From an uncultured delta proteobacterium (lineage in GTDB: Bacteria > Myxococcota > B64-G9), in the NCBI GenBank assembly GCA_963754925.1, contig CAVWHX010000003.1, forward strand, positions 224,001-288,000: a stretch of 64,000 nucleotides of DNA. The letters are read 5' to 3'. How positions within the stretch are numbered: the first letter of the stretch is position 1; each line of letters starts with the position of its first letter. Below the pieces are notes generated by a model. The model was given only the letters and a program-made list of their open reading frames with translations. It did no database searches and was not told the origin of the DNA. The position numbers and the translations under genes are program-made. Positions 62,166-64,000 of this stretch are shown piece by piece.

Positions 62166-62245
62166 GGGCAGGTTTCAAACCTGCCCCTACAAACGATATC
62201 GTTGCTATTTACGCCGGTAAGGGCGGGTTTGAAACCCGCCCCTAC
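62162..62245. repeat. GTAG-type REP pair
   Basis: GTAGGGGCAGGTTT-C-AAACCTGCCCCTAC and AGGGCGGGTTTGAAACCCGCCCCTAC. Confidence 0.85.
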
Positions 62246-62267
62246 AATCGTGTTTGTTCAAACATCC

Positions 62268-62828
62268 TCACGCCGTCAGGCGTGGAGGGATTTTTTCGAT
62301 ACTTGGGTGGAGCGGCGCATCCAGCCGTGGATTGAGCTTGTAGTACTCCGTGAGGAAGTCGTCGGAAAGATGCTGGGCGGCGACCTTTTTGGGGACGGCC
62401 CCCAAGGCGAGCGCCACGCCGTAGACGATGGATTCGGGGCGCGGCGGACAGCCGGGGATGTAATAGTTCACCGGCATGATCTTTTCGAGCCCTCCCACCA
62501 CGTTGTAGGTGTCAAACCAAATCCCGCCCCCGCACGCGCAACTCCCGATGGCGAAAACCAGTTTGGGTTCCGGCACCGCGGTCCACAGCCTCTTCACATA
62601 CGGCACGATCGGGCGCGTCACCGGTCCGCAGACCAAGAGAACGTCGGCGTGTCGCGGGGAGCCGACCAACTTGATGCCGAAGCGCTCCGCGTCGTAGTAC
62701 GGCGTCAGCACGTTTATCACCTCGATGTCGCACCCATTGCAGGCCCCGACGTTCGCGTGGTAGACCCACAGCGACTTGGGAAAGAGCTTTACGAAGGCGC
62801 TTCTGATACTCTGGCTCAACATAGACAT
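62268..62828 (-). CDS. NuoB-like small subunit of group-4 hydrogenase/complex-I-like enzyme
   Basis: CNGCDIE, DAERFG, SPRHAD, GSCA and PGCPPRP motifs. Confidence 0.92.
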   Translation of the reverse strand: MSMLSQSIRSAFVKLFPKSLWVYHANVGACNGCDIEVINVLTPYYDAERFGIKLVGSPRHADVLLVCGPVTRPIVPYVKRLWTAVPEPKLVFAIGSCACGGGIWFDTYNVVGGLEKIMPVNYYIPGCPPRPESIVYGVALALGAVPKKVAAQHLSDDFLTEYYKLNPRLDAPLHPSIEKIPPRLTA

Positions 62829-62837
62829 AGCGTTACC

Positions 62838-64000
62838 TCACATTGAAAATACGGCCAAAATAGACCGGGTGGCGCTGTCCAAAAGCGGGTAGACCGCCGC
62901 CGGGTACAGGCCGACGACAAGAATCAGTACGGCGATTGAAACCATCGTTACCATCATGGCTGGGTGCATCTCGCGATTGCCCACCTCGAGCGCCTTGACC
63001 TTCTCGCTCTCCGCTCCCCAGAACACCCGGTAGGCCGCCCAGACCATGCAGACCAACGTGAGTAGGCCGCCGACGGCCGAAATCCCCATCGCCCACCAGA
63101 GTTGCGAATTCCCGATCGCCAGGATGATAGTGTACTTGCTCATGAAACCGGCGAAGAGCGGCACGCTGCCCATGGAAAATGACCCGATAAAAAAACACAG
63201 CGCCGTCAGAGGCATCTTGCGGCTGAGCCCGCCCAGCTCGGAGATTCTGCGGATGCCTAGTCGGTAGATGATCGCGCCGGCGCAGAAAAAGAGCAGCCCC
63301 TTGGCAAGCAGGTGGGTGAAGGCGTGGAACAGCCCGCCGTAAATCCCCAGGTAGGTTCCGAGGCCGATTCCCTCGAACATGTACGCGACCTGGCTGATGG
63401 TCGAGTAGGCCAGCAGGCGCTTCAGATCGTCCTGGACGATGGCCATTAAAATTCCCACCAAAATCGAGACGCTGGCCATCGCCGCGACCAGAACCACCAC
63501 AGCCTGGTAGTGGGAGGTAAAGAGCGTCACAACGCGCACCAGGCAATAGGCGCCGATGGTGATGACCACGCCCGAGAGCAGCGCCGAGATGGGCGCCGGG
63601 GCTTCCGAGTGCGCGTCCGGCAGCCAGGCGTGGAAGGGGAACATGCCGCCCTTGGTGCCGAAGGCGCAGACAAAAAGCGCCACCACGGTCAGCGCGATAT
63701 GGGCCGGAATAATGGCGGCCACCTTGCCGATCTCCAGCAGGTGGATGCCGGTGAGGCCGGGCGCTCGCTCGCCCATTTCGGCGAAGATCAGCACCATCCC
63801 CATTAATGCGAACAGAATCGCCATAACCAGCAGCATGTTGAACTTGAAGGCGGCCTCAAGGGATGGTCGCGTTTTGTACAGCGCAATCAGCAGAGCCATG
63901 ACGATGGTAGAAACCTCAATAGCCACGAACATAACCAGCAGGTTGTTGGAGATGACCATCCAGGTTAGTGAGGCACAAAAGACCAGCAAAAGGAAGAAGT
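62838..64000 (-). CDS. Proton-translocating antiporter-like subunit (HyfF/MrpD-like), 5' truncated by window edge
   Basis: PFHAWLPDAHSEAPAP, DLKRLLAYSTISQ and AGFMSK motifs. Confidence 0.92.
   Translation of the reverse strand, partial: FFLLLVFCASLTWMVISNNLLVMFVAIEVSTIVMALLIALYKTRPSLEAAFKFNMLLVMAILFALMGMVLIFAEMGERAPGLTGIHLLEIGKVAAIIPAHIALTVVALFVCAFGTKGGMFPFHAWLPDAHSEAPAPISALLSGVVITIGAYCLVRVVTLFTSHYQAVVVLVAAMASVSILVGILMAIVQDDLKRLLAYSTISQVAYMFEGIGLGTYLGIYGGLFHAFTHLLAKGLLFFCAGAIIYRLGIRRISELGGLSRKMPLTALCFFIGSFSMGSVPLFAGFMSKYTIILAIGNSQLWWAMGISAVGGLLTLVCMVWAAYRVFWGAESEKVKALEVGNREMHPAMMVTMVSIAVLILVVGLYPAAVYPLLDSATRSILAVFSM

Noticed and set aside
1..64000. tRNA or rRNA genes
   Set aside because: No cloverleaf or rRNA signature recognised in the intergenic regions.

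Overview
Chromosomal segment of a probable Myxococcota/deltaproteobacterium (inferred from an aglRQS-like motor, a TIGR02265-like protein and zapA-6S-rny synteny). Positions 1-54 kb are mostly housekeeping: a PAS hybrid kinase, lnt, a sucCD-korDABC operon, pyk, zapA-6S RNA-rny-ymdB, FHA and Hsp70 genes, epmA/def, HU, plsB, an MCP, a lone HMG-CoA reductase, coaBC, ihfA, a radical SAM gene, exbB/exbD/exbD, the dcw cluster (mraZ to ftsZ, without murB), proS and cinA. An AT-richer accessory region (~54.05-62.26 kb) holds a frameshifted endonuclease I, a hidden 45-aa Lys-rich ORF, two inverted IS3-family copies, a duplicated promoter module, a truncated HEPN/LprI-like gene and an AbiE toxin-antitoxin pair with a broken toxin. 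That pair is bracketed by two versions of the 3' end of a NuoB-like gene. The window ends in a group-4 hydrogenase/complex-I-like operon. The best novelty candidate is a ~285-nt highly structured non-coding RNA between 6S RNA and the RNase Y ribosome-binding site. Three single-base homopolymer frameshifts suggest some sequencing error. All product calls come from motif recognition, not database searches.
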